A stretch of DNA of 64,000 bases from Vicinamibacterales bacterium (GCA_965229885.1 CBDDJX010000002.1:202784-266783); one strand, 5' to 3'; positions 20,862-31,639 are shown, numbered from the stretch's first letter. Numbers and translations: made by a program. Notes: a model not told the origin generated them from the sequence alone.

Positions 20862-21620
20862 CCTGAATAATTCACGAGTGAGCGAGTTTCACTGAAACAC
20901 AAACGCCCCCGCGTGGGTACTGCGCTGTTGACAGGACGGCGTGTCCCCATACGGAGGCGATGGTGTTGACCGAGCCGACGATAGCACAGACTGTTTTCTT
21001 TCCGGACCTGGCGGATCGGCCCCTGGTCGCCACCTTTGATCAGCCCCACGCGAGTTCGGACGGCGGGGCGATCGTGCTCAAAGCCGCCGACCGACAGCTG
21101 GGCCTGCTGGCCGCCCTTGACCGCGACGGTCCCCGATGCGCGCGCGTCGGCGCGCGTGACGCCCGGCGTCGGCGATCTGCGCGCGCGGCGCGTCTTCGCG
21201 ATCGCGTGTGGGCATCCCGACGGCAATGACGCCGACCGGCTCGCCGACGATCCCAGCCACAAACTGCTGCTGGGGCGCGACCCGATTGACGGCCGCCGCT
21301 TGGCGTCGCCGTCGACGATCTCGCGCTTCGAGCGCACGGCCGCCCCCCGGATGCTGCTGCAGATGGGGACGGCGCTCGCCGACACCGTGATTGCCCGGCA
21401 TCGCCGCCGCCGGCGCGGCGTCCGCCTCATCACGATCGACCTCGATGTCACCGAAGACCAGACCCACGGCGCGCAGCAACTCACCTTAACTTTAATGGCT
21501 TCTACGACCACTGGTGTTCTCTGCCACTCGTCGCCAGCCTGACATTTGACGACGAGGCGCTGCAATATCTCGTCGCCGCGATCCTCCGCCCGCGCAACGC
21601 GGTGGGCACGGCCGGCGGTG
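20862..21620 (+). mobile_element. IS1380-family element, left end and fragmented transposase
   Basis: Starts CCTGAATAATTCAC. FDQPHASSDGGAIVLKAADRQLGL, LASPSTISRFE, ITIDLDVTEDQTHGAQQL and FNGFYDHWCSLPL spread across frames. Confidence 0.88.
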
Positions 21621-21699
21621 GCGCCGCTGCGGGCGATCGTCGCCACGACGCAGGACACGGCGACGACCTATGCGGAGGCGGCCGATCAGGCGGCGGCCG

Positions 21700-22979
21700 C
21701 GTGTCGAGCCATAAGTAAGTGTTACCGGGCGGCGCGTCGTCGCGCCATATTTGGTGTTACCGACGGGGAGAGGTCTTTGAGCGACAGGGCCGCGGAGACC
21801 CACGCGGTCTTTGCGTGTGTCTCCGCGGCCCCCGCCGTCGAGGGCACCAGCCCGCGCCGATGATTCGCGAGGGCATAGACCCGCGCGAGCTTGCGGTCAA
21901 TGCGCGCCGCGAGCGCGAACGGATCGAGCCGGTCCCGCTGGCGCACGAGCGCCACCACCTTCGCGGCGTGGGCCTGCGGGCAGGCCTGGACGCGCTCCAA
22001 CGGGGTCTGCGGCGCGTCGTAGTACCGGCGCCGGCGGGCGCCGATGCGTTCTTTGCGCTGGAGTTGCACCGACGGCAGAAAGAGATTCTGCAACAGCCGC
22101 AGGTCGGCCTACACATCGTTCATCGCTGCGAGGGCCCCCGCCGAGTCATACCGCACATAGCCCATCAGCTTCCGGACGTGGGTCCAGTTCTTTTGTTCGA
22201 TATGCGCGTTGTCGTTCTTCTTGTACGGCCGCCCCCCGCGCAAGTGGTCGAGCCGTTCCTGGACCCGGACCTGACTTTTCCTCATGACGGCGCCGTGTTC
22301 GACCCAGGTGGTCTGAATGTCGGTGAGATTCAGCGTATGGAGGAAGTCCCCATCGGCGCGGTCGCCCGAGTGACTCACCAGGTCCACCTCGGTGAAGCCG
22401 GGCTCGGTGACGTCCCAGTGATCGGTCTTGCCCAGAATGTGGTGCTTCAACAGCGGGCCGGGTTTGGTGCGCCCATACAGCCGTCAGCGGATCGTGCGCT
22501 GGTCGGGCGCCAGCAGGCGATCGATCTGGCGCGGGCTGATGGTGCGCACCTTCGCTTCGGTGGCGGGCGACACCGCGAGGCGGCGGCGGGCCCACGGCAG
22601 CCACGTCGGCAGCAGGGCCTTCAGGCGGCGGGCCCACGGATCGCCCGCCGCGACCCAGACCGCCCGGAGTGCCCGCACCCCCGCGGCGTCATAGCGCGTG
22701 GGTCGGCCCCGACGCGGGCCCCGCGGGGGCCGCACGGCTGGCCGCCGCCAGGCCCGAATGATCGCCTTCCGATGGTAGCCCGTCACCGTCACCGCCTCTG
22801 TGAGCACGCGCCCCTTCTTCGTCCGCGAGGCCCCCACGTACCGGTCCCGCATCGGCGCCAAATACTCCGGCCTTGCCTGTGGTCCCACGCGGGTGCCCTC
22901 CTGTGGCACACCCGCTTGGGTAACACCCTTTAGGGCGCGACGATCTTTCCTTCGGTCACACTTACCATGGCGCGATACG
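21700..22979 (-). mobile_element. ISNCY-type IS (rve/DDE core), copy 1, defective, 5-bp TSD GGCCG
   Basis: Imperfect terminal inverted repeats; GGCCG at 21695-21699 and 22980-22984; transposase motifs GFTEVDLVSH and PYKKNDNAHIEQKN; near-identical to 52654-53932. Confidence 0.92.
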
Positions 22980-23026
22980 GGCCGCTGCCCCTTTGCTGAT
23001 ACTCTGTTCAAATGGAGACCCCCGCA

Positions 23027-23965
23027 ATGCGAAACCGTTTCAACCGCTCGACGACTCTGATTGCGGGCGCAGCCACGCTCGCCATCTTCGGACTTGCCGC
23101 GACGATGGCGATTGGCCAGGCCAGTCGGCCCGCCATGACCGTGGACGGCAAGCCCAACATGAATGGCATTTGGCAGGTGACCACGACGGCGAATTGGGAC
23201 CTGTTGGCGCACGCGATGCGCCCGGCGGTCGCGCAACGCGGCGTGTATCCGGACGTCCAGGTCCTCGCCGCTCCAGTGCTGGCGCTCGGCACGGTCGGTG
23301 GCGTTCCCCCGGGACCCGGCGTGGTCGAGGGCAACGTGATTCCGTACAAGCCCGAGGCCGCCGCGAAGAAGAAGGAGAACGGTGAACGCTGGTTGGACCG
23401 CGACCCGGAAGTCCGGTGCTATCAGCCCGGAATCCCGCGGGCGATGTACCTGCCGTATCCATTCCAGATCGTGCAGAGCACGAACAAGATTCAGATGGCC
23501 TTCGCGTTTGCCAACGCCAGCCGGACGATTCACCTCGATCCGGTGAACCCGCCGCCGGCCGATACGTGGATGGGACACTCGGTCGGCCGCTGGGACGGCA
23601 ACACGCTGGTCGTCGACGTCTCACATTTCAACGACCGATCCTGGCTGTCGAGGTCCGGAGACTTCCACAGCGATGCGCTCCGTCTCGTCGAGCGCTTCAC
23701 GCCTCTGTCCCCTGACGCTCTGCGCTACGAGGTCACGGTCGAGGATCCGCAGGTGTTCACGCGCCCCTGGAAGATGAGCATGGTCCTCTATCGTCAGCTC
23801 GAAGAGAACGCGACGCTGATCGATTACCGCTGCGTCGAGATGGTCGAGGAGACCTTCCTCGGCCATCTTCGCAAGGAGCCGCTCGTCAAGCGCTGGGAGG
23901 GCGACACGATGATCATCGACATCACCCGCAAGGTCCCGCCCGGCGACAAAGTCTACGAGCGGTAG
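23027..23965 (+). CDS. Uncharacterised secreted protein, shorter relative of the PDLQGIW family
   Basis: Signal peptide; KPNMNGIW, DPEVRC..PGIPR, GHSVGRWDGNTLVVD, EDP..FTRPW and YRCVE motifs. Confidence 0.8.
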   Translation: MRNRFNRSTTLIAGAATLAIFGLAATMAIGQASRPAMTVDGKPNMNGIWQVTTTANWDLLAHAMRPAVAQRGVYPDVQVLAAPVLALGTVGGVPPGPGVVEGNVIPYKPEAAAKKKENGERWLDRDPEVRCYQPGIPRAMYLPYPFQIVQSTNKIQMAFAFANASRTIHLDPVNPPPADTWMGHSVGRWDGNTLVVDVSHFNDRSWLSRSGDFHSDALRLVERFTPLSPDALRYEVTVEDPQVFTRPWKMSMVLYRQLEENATLIDYRCVEMVEETFLGHLRKEPLVKRWEGDTMIIDITRKVPPGDKVYER

Positions 23966-23986
23966 GAATTCTTAGAACCGCATCAG

Positions 23987-25141
23987 TTACTCGGTGGCGC
24001 CACCGGTGGCGTTGTCCTGAAGCGCCGGATCGGGTCCCCGACCTTCTGCGAAGGCTTTCTCCGCCGCGCGCGTGTTGGCGAGCATGCCGAGCAGGCCGTA
24101 ATTCCCTTCGTGGCAGCCACCCTCGTAGACCATGTTCAGCTGGTCGCTGTTCTTCGTCAGCTCCTGCGCTGCGGTCCAGGGGGCCGTCCACGTCGTCGGA
24201 TCCTCCATCGTGACCTGGAACGAGAGCGTGTTCGCATCCATACGCTTATAGCGTTCGACGAGATGCAGGTTCTCACGCGAGCCTCGGAATTCCGTCCTGT
24301 CGCTGAAGTTCGTGACGTCGACGACGAGCGTGTCGCCTTCCCAGCGACCAATCGAGTCGCCGTGGTACAGACGGATGTCGTTGGGCTGGTGCGGACGGTT
24401 CGTGATCGGGACGATCCGGCTGAACCCCGACCCTTGACCGATGTCGTAGTAGATGGCGACGGCGTCAGGCGACTGAACGATGCGCGCCACGCCGCCGTAC
24501 GACCCGACCCGGAGCAGCACGGGCAGGCCGTTTCCGAGGCAGCGCTCCGGGCCACCGCGATCCTCTGGTCCATCCGAACGATTCATGCGGTCCAGGTTGT
24601 AGTCGGGCGACGGCTCGGATCTCCTCGGCGAGATCGGTCCCGGCCTTCCGCCGGAAGTGCCTTGCAGCAGGGCGGCCAGATACTCCCGCTTGTCGGCAAT
24701 CCGCTTCGCCGCCCCCGGCGTGAAAGCGGGAACTCTCCCGTCCGGCGGATCGATGATCTGGGAGGTGCGCCGGCTGATCTCCGTGGGCTTGTCGCCGAAC
24801 CAGTGCTCGTTGTAGGCGCGGGCCACGTCCTTCTCAGTGCCGATGGCGTTCTTCCCCGCGACCGTGCGGCTGTCGCGGCCCGGACGCTTGTTGCGTGCGA
24901 GGAGATCCTGTTCGGCTTTCGCGTATTCCGCGTCGGTCAGTAGCTGTCTCGTACCGAACTCTTTGGGTCGCTCCAGCGGCACGACGACCGGGTTGTTCCA
25001 GATGCCCTGCAGGTCAGGCGCCCCCCATGCCGTGCGGAGGCCGGCCTGGGCCTGCCCGGCGATCGTGGCTGGTAACGTCATCGACACGAGGATGATCAGC
25101 GCGAGCGCACCCAGCAACGCAAGACGGCTTCTCATTCTCAT
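23987..25141 (-). CDS. Uncharacterised secreted protein (PDLQGIW...CHEGNY family)
   Basis: Signal peptide; PDLQGIW, DPPDGRVP, GPEDR..ERC, GDSIGRWEGDTLV and CHEGNYG motifs. Confidence 0.82.
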   Translation of the reverse strand: MRMRSRLALLGALALIILVSMTLPATIAGQAQAGLRTAWGAPDLQGIWNNPVVVPLERPKEFGTRQLLTDAEYAKAEQDLLARNKRPGRDSRTVAGKNAIGTEKDVARAYNEHWFGDKPTEISRRTSQIIDPPDGRVPAFTPGAAKRIADKREYLAALLQGTSGGRPGPISPRRSEPSPDYNLDRMNRSDGPEDRGGPERCLGNGLPVLLRVGSYGGVARIVQSPDAVAIYYDIGQGSGFSRIVPITNRPHQPNDIRLYHGDSIGRWEGDTLVVDVTNFSDRTEFRGSRENLHLVERYKRMDANTLSFQVTMEDPTTWTAPWTAAQELTKNSDQLNMVYEGGCHEGNYGLLGMLANTRAAEKAFAEGRGPDPALQDNATGGATE

Positions 25142-25219
25142 TTCTCGCCCCCCCCCTACTTCGATCCTCCTTGCTGATCCCTTGCTTGCTTCGCGCGGGC
25201 ACGATAGTAGCACCGATGC

Positions 25220-25410
25220 CCCCTGGGAGGATGGGCGAATACTCGCCCATCCTCTCGCGTGTCCACCAGACGCCGTCGCGTCGCCGTGCCTCCGCATCGG
25301 AGAACCGATAGCGATACAACACGCCCCGCAGGTATCTCGGCTTCCGTCCCTCGAACGGGTCCCGTTCGAGCAGTCTCAGGACCCCGCTGTCGGCTTCGAG
25401 CAACCGGACG
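25220..25410 (-). pseudogene. Lipase maturation factor family, C-terminal relic
   Basis: RLLEADSGVLRLLERDPF...PRYLRGVLYRYRFS......G.WW.RE...EYSP. Confidence 0.7.
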
Positions 25411-25622
25411 CCTGGGAACTCGTCGTCAACAAGCAGACGGGCCAATGGGGCCTCGACTACGCCGCAGCCCAGGATCTCGGTCGCGTGAAGATGACCATGG
25501 CCAAGTCGCCGGCGCCCATCGAACGCCTGAAGTGGGTACTCACCGACAAAGGCAACGGCAAGGGTGAGCTGCGATTGGAGTGGGAAGACCGCGTGGCCAC
25601 CGTTCCGATGACCGTGAGATAA
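25400..25622 (+). pseudogene. DUF2911-like protein, C-terminal relic
   Basis: WELVVNKQTGQWGLDY...QDLGRV......PIERL.W......L.LEWE...A.VP-stop; no start found. Confidence 0.65.
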
Positions 25623-25964
25623 GGGACGGGGCGGACCTCCATCGCTCGTCGGGTCTCACCATCACGAGCGACGATTCTCACCTGATATCAAATCTGCTCA
25701 CACCCAGTCATCATTGACCTTCAGGGAACACGCACGCCTCTTGCCGAGTCGTCGGCGAGGGCGTCAGGCGCCGGAGGTGCCGGTGGCGCAGTGGTCAGTT
25801 TCAGGCCTGTTCGTGTAATAGCGACAATTAAGTTTGTCATATCAATAGTTATGGACAGTAATGCCTGTAGGCTAGGAAGTCGCTCCTTCCAGTGCGGCGC
25901 GCGCTTTCAGGCATTTTCCGAGCAAGTGCTGACGCCACCCACCCGCCCGCCGTCGTGGCGCAAG

Positions 25965-25979
25965 TGGCGCTGGCCTTGT
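25965..25979 (+). promoter_or_regulatory. Possible sigma-54-type promoter upstream of amt
   Basis: TGGCGC-N5-TTGT versus the consensus TGGCAC-N5-TTGC (two mismatches, one at the -12 C). Confidence 0.25.
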
Positions 25980-26059
25980 AACATGGCCGTCCATCAGCGC
26001 CAGCCACACGTCACCCGAGCACTGTTCGCGGCGCATTCACGCAACGCTGAGGAGGGGCG

Positions 26060-27430
26060 ATGAGACGAAAGATCACGGTTGCAACATTGTTCGCACTGGC
26101 TATGGCGACGCCCGGCATCGCGCACGCCGCGATTGACCCTGAAACGAAGGTAGCGCTCGACACGCTCTGGGTGCTGGTGACCGCGTTCCTCGTGTTCTGG
26201 ATGAACGCGGGGTTCGCGATGCTGGAGAGCGGCCTCTGTCAGGCCAAGAACGCCGTCAACATCCTTGCGAAGAACTTCATCGTCTTCGCCGCGTCGTCGG
26301 TGGCGTTCTGGGTGATTGGGTTCGGCCTCATGTTCGGCAATGGCACCAGCTTGATCGGGATGAATGGCTGGCTGCTGCACGGCGCTGACAACAGCCCCGC
26401 CATGGGTGACGCCTACGGCGGCGTATTCGCGTCGCTCAATTGGACCGGCGTGCCGCTATATGCGAAGTTCCTGTTCCAGCTGGTTTTCGCCGGAACGGCA
26501 GCGACGATTGTGAGCGGCGCCGTGGCCGAACGCGTCAAATTCATCGCCTTTATTCTGTTTTCCTTCGTCCTGGTCAGCGTGATCTATCCACTGGGCGGCC
26601 ACTGGGCGTGGGGCGGCGGCTGGCTCGCCACACTGAGCACGCCCTTCGCGGATTTCGCGGGCTCGACCGTCGTTCACAGCACAGGCGGATGGGCGGCGTT
26701 GGCCGGCGTTCTCGTCCTGGGTCCGCGCATCGGCAAGTACATGCCGGATGGCGCCGTCAGACCGATCCCCGGACACAACATGACCTCGGCAACCCTCGGC
26801 ACGCTGATCCTGTGGCTCGGCTGGTTCGGGTTCAATCCGGGCAGCACGATGGCGGCCGATCCAGCGGCGATCTCCCTAATCGCACTCAACACGAGCATGG
26901 CCGCGGCAGCGGGTTGCCTCGCCGCGACAGCGGTGGCCTGGATGCTGTTGGGCAAGCCGGACCTCAGCATGGTTCTGAACGGCACGCTCGCGGGACTGGT
27001 TGCAATCACAGCGCCCTGCGCCTTCGTCAGCGTCGGCAGCTCGGTCCTTATCGGCCTGCTTGCCGGCGTGATCGTCGTCTACGCCGTGCTGTTCTTCGAC
27101 CGAGTGAAGATCGACGATCCCGTCGGCGCGCTCAGCGTCCATCTTGTCAACGGCGTGTTCGGCACGCTCGCCGTTGGCTTGTTCGCGACTGACGGCGGCT
27201 TGTTCTTCGGAGGCGGATTCGCCAAGACGACGTCGCAGCTTATCGGCATCGGCGCCGTGGGCGTGACGACGTTCGTGCTGAGTCTCGCGGTTTGGCTCGC
27301 TCTCAAGGCGACCATCGGTATCCGCGTGTCCCGGGAGGAAGAACTCGAAGGCCTGGACATTGGCGAGCATGGGATCGAGGCGTACACCGGCTTTGTGCAC
27401 TCTCAGGAGATGAGTACGGAGGTGATCTAG
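26060..27430 (+). CDS. amt: Ammonium transporter
   Basis: [51 protein letters not shown] and [10 protein letters not shown] motifs. Confidence 0.97.
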   Translation: MRRKITVATLFALAMATPGIAHAAIDPETKVALDTLWVLVTAFLVFWMNAGFAMLESGLCQAKNAVNILAKNFIVFAASSVAFWVIGFGLMFGNGTSLIGMNGWLLHGADNSPAMGDAYGGVFASLNWTGVPLYAKFLFQLVFAGTAATIVSGAVAERVKFIAFILFSFVLVSVIYPLGGHWAWGGGWLATLSTPFADFAGSTVVHSTGGWAALAGVLVLGPRIGKYMPDGAVRPIPGHNMTSATLGTLILWLGWFGFNPGSTMAADPAAISLIALNTSMAAAAGCLAATAVAWMLLGKPDLSMVLNGTLAGLVAITAPCAFVSVGSSVLIGLLAGVIVVYAVLFFDRVKIDDPVGALSVHLVNGVFGTLAVGLFATDGGLFFGGGFAKTTSQLIGIGAVGVTTFVLSLAVWLALKATIGIRVSREEELEGLDIGEHGIEAYTGFVHSQEMSTEVI

Positions 27431-27509
27431 GCCGCGGAGTCGTGTCGAGTCCTGAAACGTCGGCGCCGGCACTCTGCCGGCGCCGCTTCAATCGTTCGGA
27501 GATGTCGAC

Positions 27510-28616
27510 ATGGGCGTGACGACGATGTGTTTTGAGAAGCTGGGCGCGGGGCTCTGCGCCGGGATTGGGGCCTTGGTGCTACCGGCGTTGATGTCCGGCA
27601 CGGCGCCGGCGCAGACGCTCGCCGACCCGCCGGTTGCTGCTGCCGCAGCCGTGTCCGCCGCCCAGGCACCGGCGGGCGCGGGGACGGCCTTCTTCGAGAA
27701 TACGGAGCTTGGCGGGCTGGTCGATGCTTACTACGCGTGGTACTCGACGAAGCAACGGGTGTGTTCCATAGCTTCGACACGGCGCACAACCAGTTCCAGT
27801 TCACGCTCAGCATGGCGCAGGTCTGGCTTACCAAGGCGCCTGTGACGGAGTCGCGGATCGGCGGGAAGGTGAAGCTGAACTTCGGTCCGAGGGGCGACCG
27901 CCGTCAATTTCGCCGAGCCGAACAGCGATCTGGTGAACGTCGAGGAAGGGTTTGTCAGTTACCTCGCCCCGGCAGGCAAAGGGCTGCAGTTCGATGTCGG
28001 CAAATTCGTCACGACCGCGGGGGCCGAAGTCATCGAAGCCCAAGGACGACTGGAACTATTCGCGCTCGTTGCTGTTTCAGAATGCGGTTCCGTTCTACCA
28101 CGTCGGTGTGCGGATGACGTATGCCGCGAGCGACAGGGTCACGCTGTTGAGTGGTTTGATCAACGGCTGGAACAACGCAGTTGAGAACAACACGGGTAAG
28201 ACGGTGATGGGCTCGATCATTCTCAAGCCGACGGGCTCGTTCTCGGTCGTCGAGAACTACATTGGCGGCCCGGAGGGGGAGCCTGGCAACGATGACTGGC
28301 GTCACCTGAGCGACACGGTGGTCAGCTATACGGCGTCGCCGACGAGGCCGGCTTCAGCGGCGTGGCACAGAAGATTAAGGAATGCACGTTCACCGTGGAG
28401 TTGAAGCCCGCAGACAACTTCATGTGGCGTATCGAGTATTGCGGCGACTTCTCGAACGAAGCGGCCTTCATAACGGACAGTGGCACGACAAAGGACCGTC
28501 AGCACGAGTTCGTACTCGGGCTGCTGTACAACTTCAGTACCAAGCAGCAATCGGGGGAGGGCGGGCCCCTGAGCCGGTGTAAGGTTATGGCGGAGGAGAC
28601 TGCCGCCCGATGGTAA
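27510..28616 (+). pseudogene. Outer-membrane beta-barrel (putative porin), several frameshifts and a deletion
   Basis: Signal peptide, GGLVDAYYAW, QFDVGKFVT..G.EVIE, DDWNYSRSLLF, NGWNN and WRIEY..DFS pieces in at least four frames. Confidence 0.7.
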
Positions 28617-31156
28617 ACGGCTCAGCGCTACCCCCCGCCCGCGCACTCGAATCGGCGCGGGAGGAACTGCGGGACGCGACGACGCGCGGTCTTGGCGGAC
28701 GCGCCGCGCTCGGGCGATACGCGGCGCGGGTCGATGCGGTGTTGCGTCAATTGTTCGAAGCGGCGCCGGCGGCAGCGCAGCCGGTGGCCACCATCGCGCT
28801 TGGCGGGTACGGCCGCCGCCAGCTGTGTCTGTGGTCGGATATCGACCTGCTCATTCTTTTTGAGGGCCCGATTCGTGCCGCCGATGAACGGTTTCTGCAC
28901 GGTTTCCTCAACCACCTGTGGGACCTCGGCGTCGTCGTCGGTCACCAGGTCCGCGAGCTCGCCGATTTTTCCGCGCTCGAGGCCGACAACCCCGAGTTCC
29001 TACTCGCGCTCGTCGACGCGCGGCCGCTGGCCGGCGATCGGACGCTGTTCGAGCGGTTCACGGCGACGTTCCATCAGCCCGCGACGCACGCCCACATCGT
29101 GGCATCGCTCGTCACGCTCATTGACGCACGGCACGCGCGTTTCAACGACACCCTGTATCAGCTTGAGCCGGATGTGAAGGAAGCGCCGGGGGCGCTGCGC
29201 GACCTGTGGGCGGCGCGGACGATTGCGAGCCTGACCGACCCGACATTGCTCGCCCGTGGTCCCGTCGAGGCTGCGCGTCTCGAGGAAGCGGAGGATTATC
29301 TCGTTCGCATCCGATCCAGGCTCCACCTGATGTCCGGACGCGACCAGAACGTGCTCAGCCATGAGCTTCAGGAAAAGACGGCCGAGCCTCTCGGATACGC
29401 AGGCGCCCAGCCGCAGCAGCAGGTCGAGCGGTTGATGAGCGACTATTTTCGCCACGCCAGAACGGCGAGCCGTTCACTGCAGTGGGTCCGAAAGTTTGCG
29501 CCGACGCCGGTCGGCGTGAACCTCGGCCAGTTCGGCCACGGCGTCCGCTTCATCGATCCGATCAAGGCCGCGCGGCAGCCCGACAGCTGGCTGCGGCTGT
29601 TCGAGGCGGCCGTCCAGCAACAGTGTGAGGTGCTGGAGGATGCGCTGATTGTCATCCGGCAGAACGTGTCGCGGTTTGCCGCCGAAGATTTCTTCCCGAC
29701 CACCGAGTCGCGCGACGAACTGCTGCGCTTCCTCAAGCCGCGAGCCGGGCTGTACGCGCGGCTCTCCGAAATGCACGACTGCGGACTGCTCGGCCAGATG
29801 TTTCCGGAGTTCCAGGCGATTGCCTGGCGCGTGGTCCGCGACTTCTATCACAAATACACCGTTGACGAGCACACACTGCTGACGATTCGGAACCTCGAGC
29901 GGCTCGCGAGCGCGTGCCCGCCGGGCCGCGAACGATTCCGCTCGCTGGTGCAGGATCTCGAAAAGCCGGAGCTCCTGGTCCTCTCGCTGCTTTTCCACGA
30001 CGTCGGCAAATGGAAGGATGAGGATCACGCTATCGAGAGCGTCCGAATGGCCGATCACATGATGACGCGGCTGCACATGCCGGTGGAATCTCGCGAGGTC
30101 GTCGATTTTCTCATCAAGAATCATCTGCGGATGTCCAGAGCCGCCTTTCATCGCGACACGGAAGATCCGGAGGTCGTTAAGGATTTCGCCGCGCTCGTCG
30201 GCATCGAAGAGCGATTGATGATGCTCTGCCTGATGACCGTCGCCGACATCGAGGCGGTCAGCCAGGAGACGCTGACCCCCTGGAAAGAGGAACTACTCTG
30301 GCGGCTGTACGTCGATACGTACAACCACCTCACGCTCAGTTACGCCGACGAGCTGATCGGCCGGCACCAGGCCGGTCTGTCCGGTCTGCTGAACGGCCGT
30401 CCGGCGGACATCTCCGAGGCTGAACTCACACAGTTTCTCGAAGGCCTTCCGCGGCGCTACCTGCAGCTAGCGAGCCCCGAGGCCATCTACGCGCACGTCC
30501 GGCTGTCGCAGTACATCGTCAAGGACGATGTGCACGTCCAGCTCGAACGCAAAGATTCGGCGTGGGAGCTGACCGTGGTCACGCTCGACAAGCCGTTTCT
30601 CTTCTCGAATATCTGCGGCGTGCTATCGTCGTTCGGCATGGACATCCTGCGGGGCCACGCGATGACGACGCCGAAGGGGCTGGTACTGGATCTCGTCCAG
30701 TTCGTCGACGAAGAACGTTACCTCGAGCTGAATGCCGAGGGAGGCGAGCGCTTCTCGGCCGTTCTTGGCGACGTCGTGTCCGGCCGCGCGGACGTCACCG
30801 AGCGGCTGCGCCGGCGCGAGCAGAGCGTCCTGCATAAGGCCACCCCGAGGTTCCCGGCAGTGGTGCATTTCGACAACCAGTCGTCGCGTCGGTACACGAT
30901 CCTCGAAGTCAACGCCGACGATGCGCTGGGGCTGTTGTACCGGATCAGCCGTCTCATCTCCCATCAGGGCTGTGACGTCGATCTCGTGCTGATCTCGACG
31001 GAAGGGATGAAGGCGATCGACGTGTTTCACATTACCAAGGGCCGAGCGAAGCTCACGGAGTCGACACAGCACGCGCTCCGCGCCGACCTGCAACGCATGC
31101 TGGGAGGCAGCGATGAAGTTGATCAAGAGTATCGTCCGGCCGAACAAAGTCGATGA
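28610..31156 (+). CDS. glnD: [Protein-PII] uridylyltransferase/uridylyl-removing enzyme
   Basis: GGYGR...SDIDLL nucleotidyltransferase motif; HD domain YHKYTVDEHTL and FHDVGK; two ACT-like C-terminal domains; adjacent to amt and P-II. Confidence 0.92.
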   Translation: MVNGSALPPARALESAREELRDATTRGLGGRAALGRYAARVDAVLRQLFEAAPAAAQPVATIALGGYGRRQLCLWSDIDLLILFEGPIRAADERFLHGFLNHLWDLGVVVGHQVRELADFSALEADNPEFLLALVDARPLAGDRTLFERFTATFHQPATHAHIVASLVTLIDARHARFNDTLYQLEPDVKEAPGALRDLWAARTIASLTDPTLLARGPVEAARLEEAEDYLVRIRSRLHLMSGRDQNVLSHELQEKTAEPLGYAGAQPQQQVERLMSDYFRHARTASRSLQWVRKFAPTPVGVNLGQFGHGVRFIDPIKAARQPDSWLRLFEAAVQQQCEVLEDALIVIRQNVSRFAAEDFFPTTESRDELLRFLKPRAGLYARLSEMHDCGLLGQMFPEFQAIAWRVVRDFYHKYTVDEHTLLTIRNLERLASACPPGRERFRSLVQDLEKPELLVLSLLFHDVGKWKDEDHAIESVRMADHMMTRLHMPVESREVVDFLIKNHLRMSRAAFHRDTEDPEVVKDFAALVGIEERLMMLCLMTVADIEAVSQETLTPWKEELLWRLYVDTYNHLTLSYADELIGRHQAGLSGLLNGRPADISEAELTQFLEGLPRRYLQLASPEAIYAHVRLSQYIVKDDVHVQLERKDSAWELTVVTLDKPFLFSNICGVLSSFGMDILRGHAMTTPKGLVLDLVQFVDEERYLELNAEGGERFSAVLGDVVSGRADVTERLRRREQSVLHKATPRFPAVVHFDNQSSRRYTILEVNADDALGLLYRISRLISHQGCDVDLVLISTEGMKAIDVFHITKGRAKLTESTQHALRADLQRMLGGSDEVDQEYRPAEQSR

Positions 31157-31442
31157 AGTGCGCGATGCGCTCGAGAAGCTCGGCATCGGCGGCGTGACCG
31201 TCACCGAAGTCCGGGGACACGGCAAGCAGAAGGGCCATACCGCCGTCTATCGGGGCAAGGAGTACAACGTCAACCTGCTCCCGAAGATGGAGGTCGAAGT
31301 CGTCGTCGAGGACAATATCGCGGACGAGGCCATCAAAGCGATCATCCAGGCGGCGCGCACTGGGGAAATCGGCGACGGACGCGTCTTCGTCCTTCCCGTG
31401 CTTCAGAGCTATCGAATCCGGACGGGGGAATCGGCAGTCTAA
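31113..31442 (+). CDS. glnK: P-II nitrogen regulatory protein (GlnB/GlnK)
   Basis: VRGHGKQKGHTAVYRGKEY (T-loop Tyr) and TGEIGDGRVFV motifs. Confidence 0.93.
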   Translation: MKLIKSIVRPNKVDEVRDALEKLGIGGVTVTEVRGHGKQKGHTAVYRGKEYNVNLLPKMEVEVVVEDNIADEAIKAIIQAARTGEIGDGRVFVLPVLQSYRIRTGESAV

Positions 31443-31575
31443 ATTTGGGTCCAGCTGCCGCCTCGAGGACCGTGTGGCGGTGAGCGCGAAGCGCGCTCAC
31501 GGCCATGAGGGTTCCAAAACGGCGATGGAGCGGTATACTGCCCGCATGTAGCCCTTGCTGCACCGTTTGTTGCGA
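31437..31575 (-). repeat. Degenerate attC-like / REP-like palindromic element
   Basis: Minus strand TCGCAAC-AAACG-GTGCAGC ... GCTGGAC-CCAAA-TTTAGAC; internal perfect hairpin GTGAGCGCG-AAG-CGCGCTCAC at 31480-31500. Confidence 0.3.
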
Positions 31576-31639
31576 GCCGACCGAGCGCCCTCTCGTTCCG
31601 TCCCTCGACCCTGCCAGCGTGTCCACCTGCAGTTCGTCT

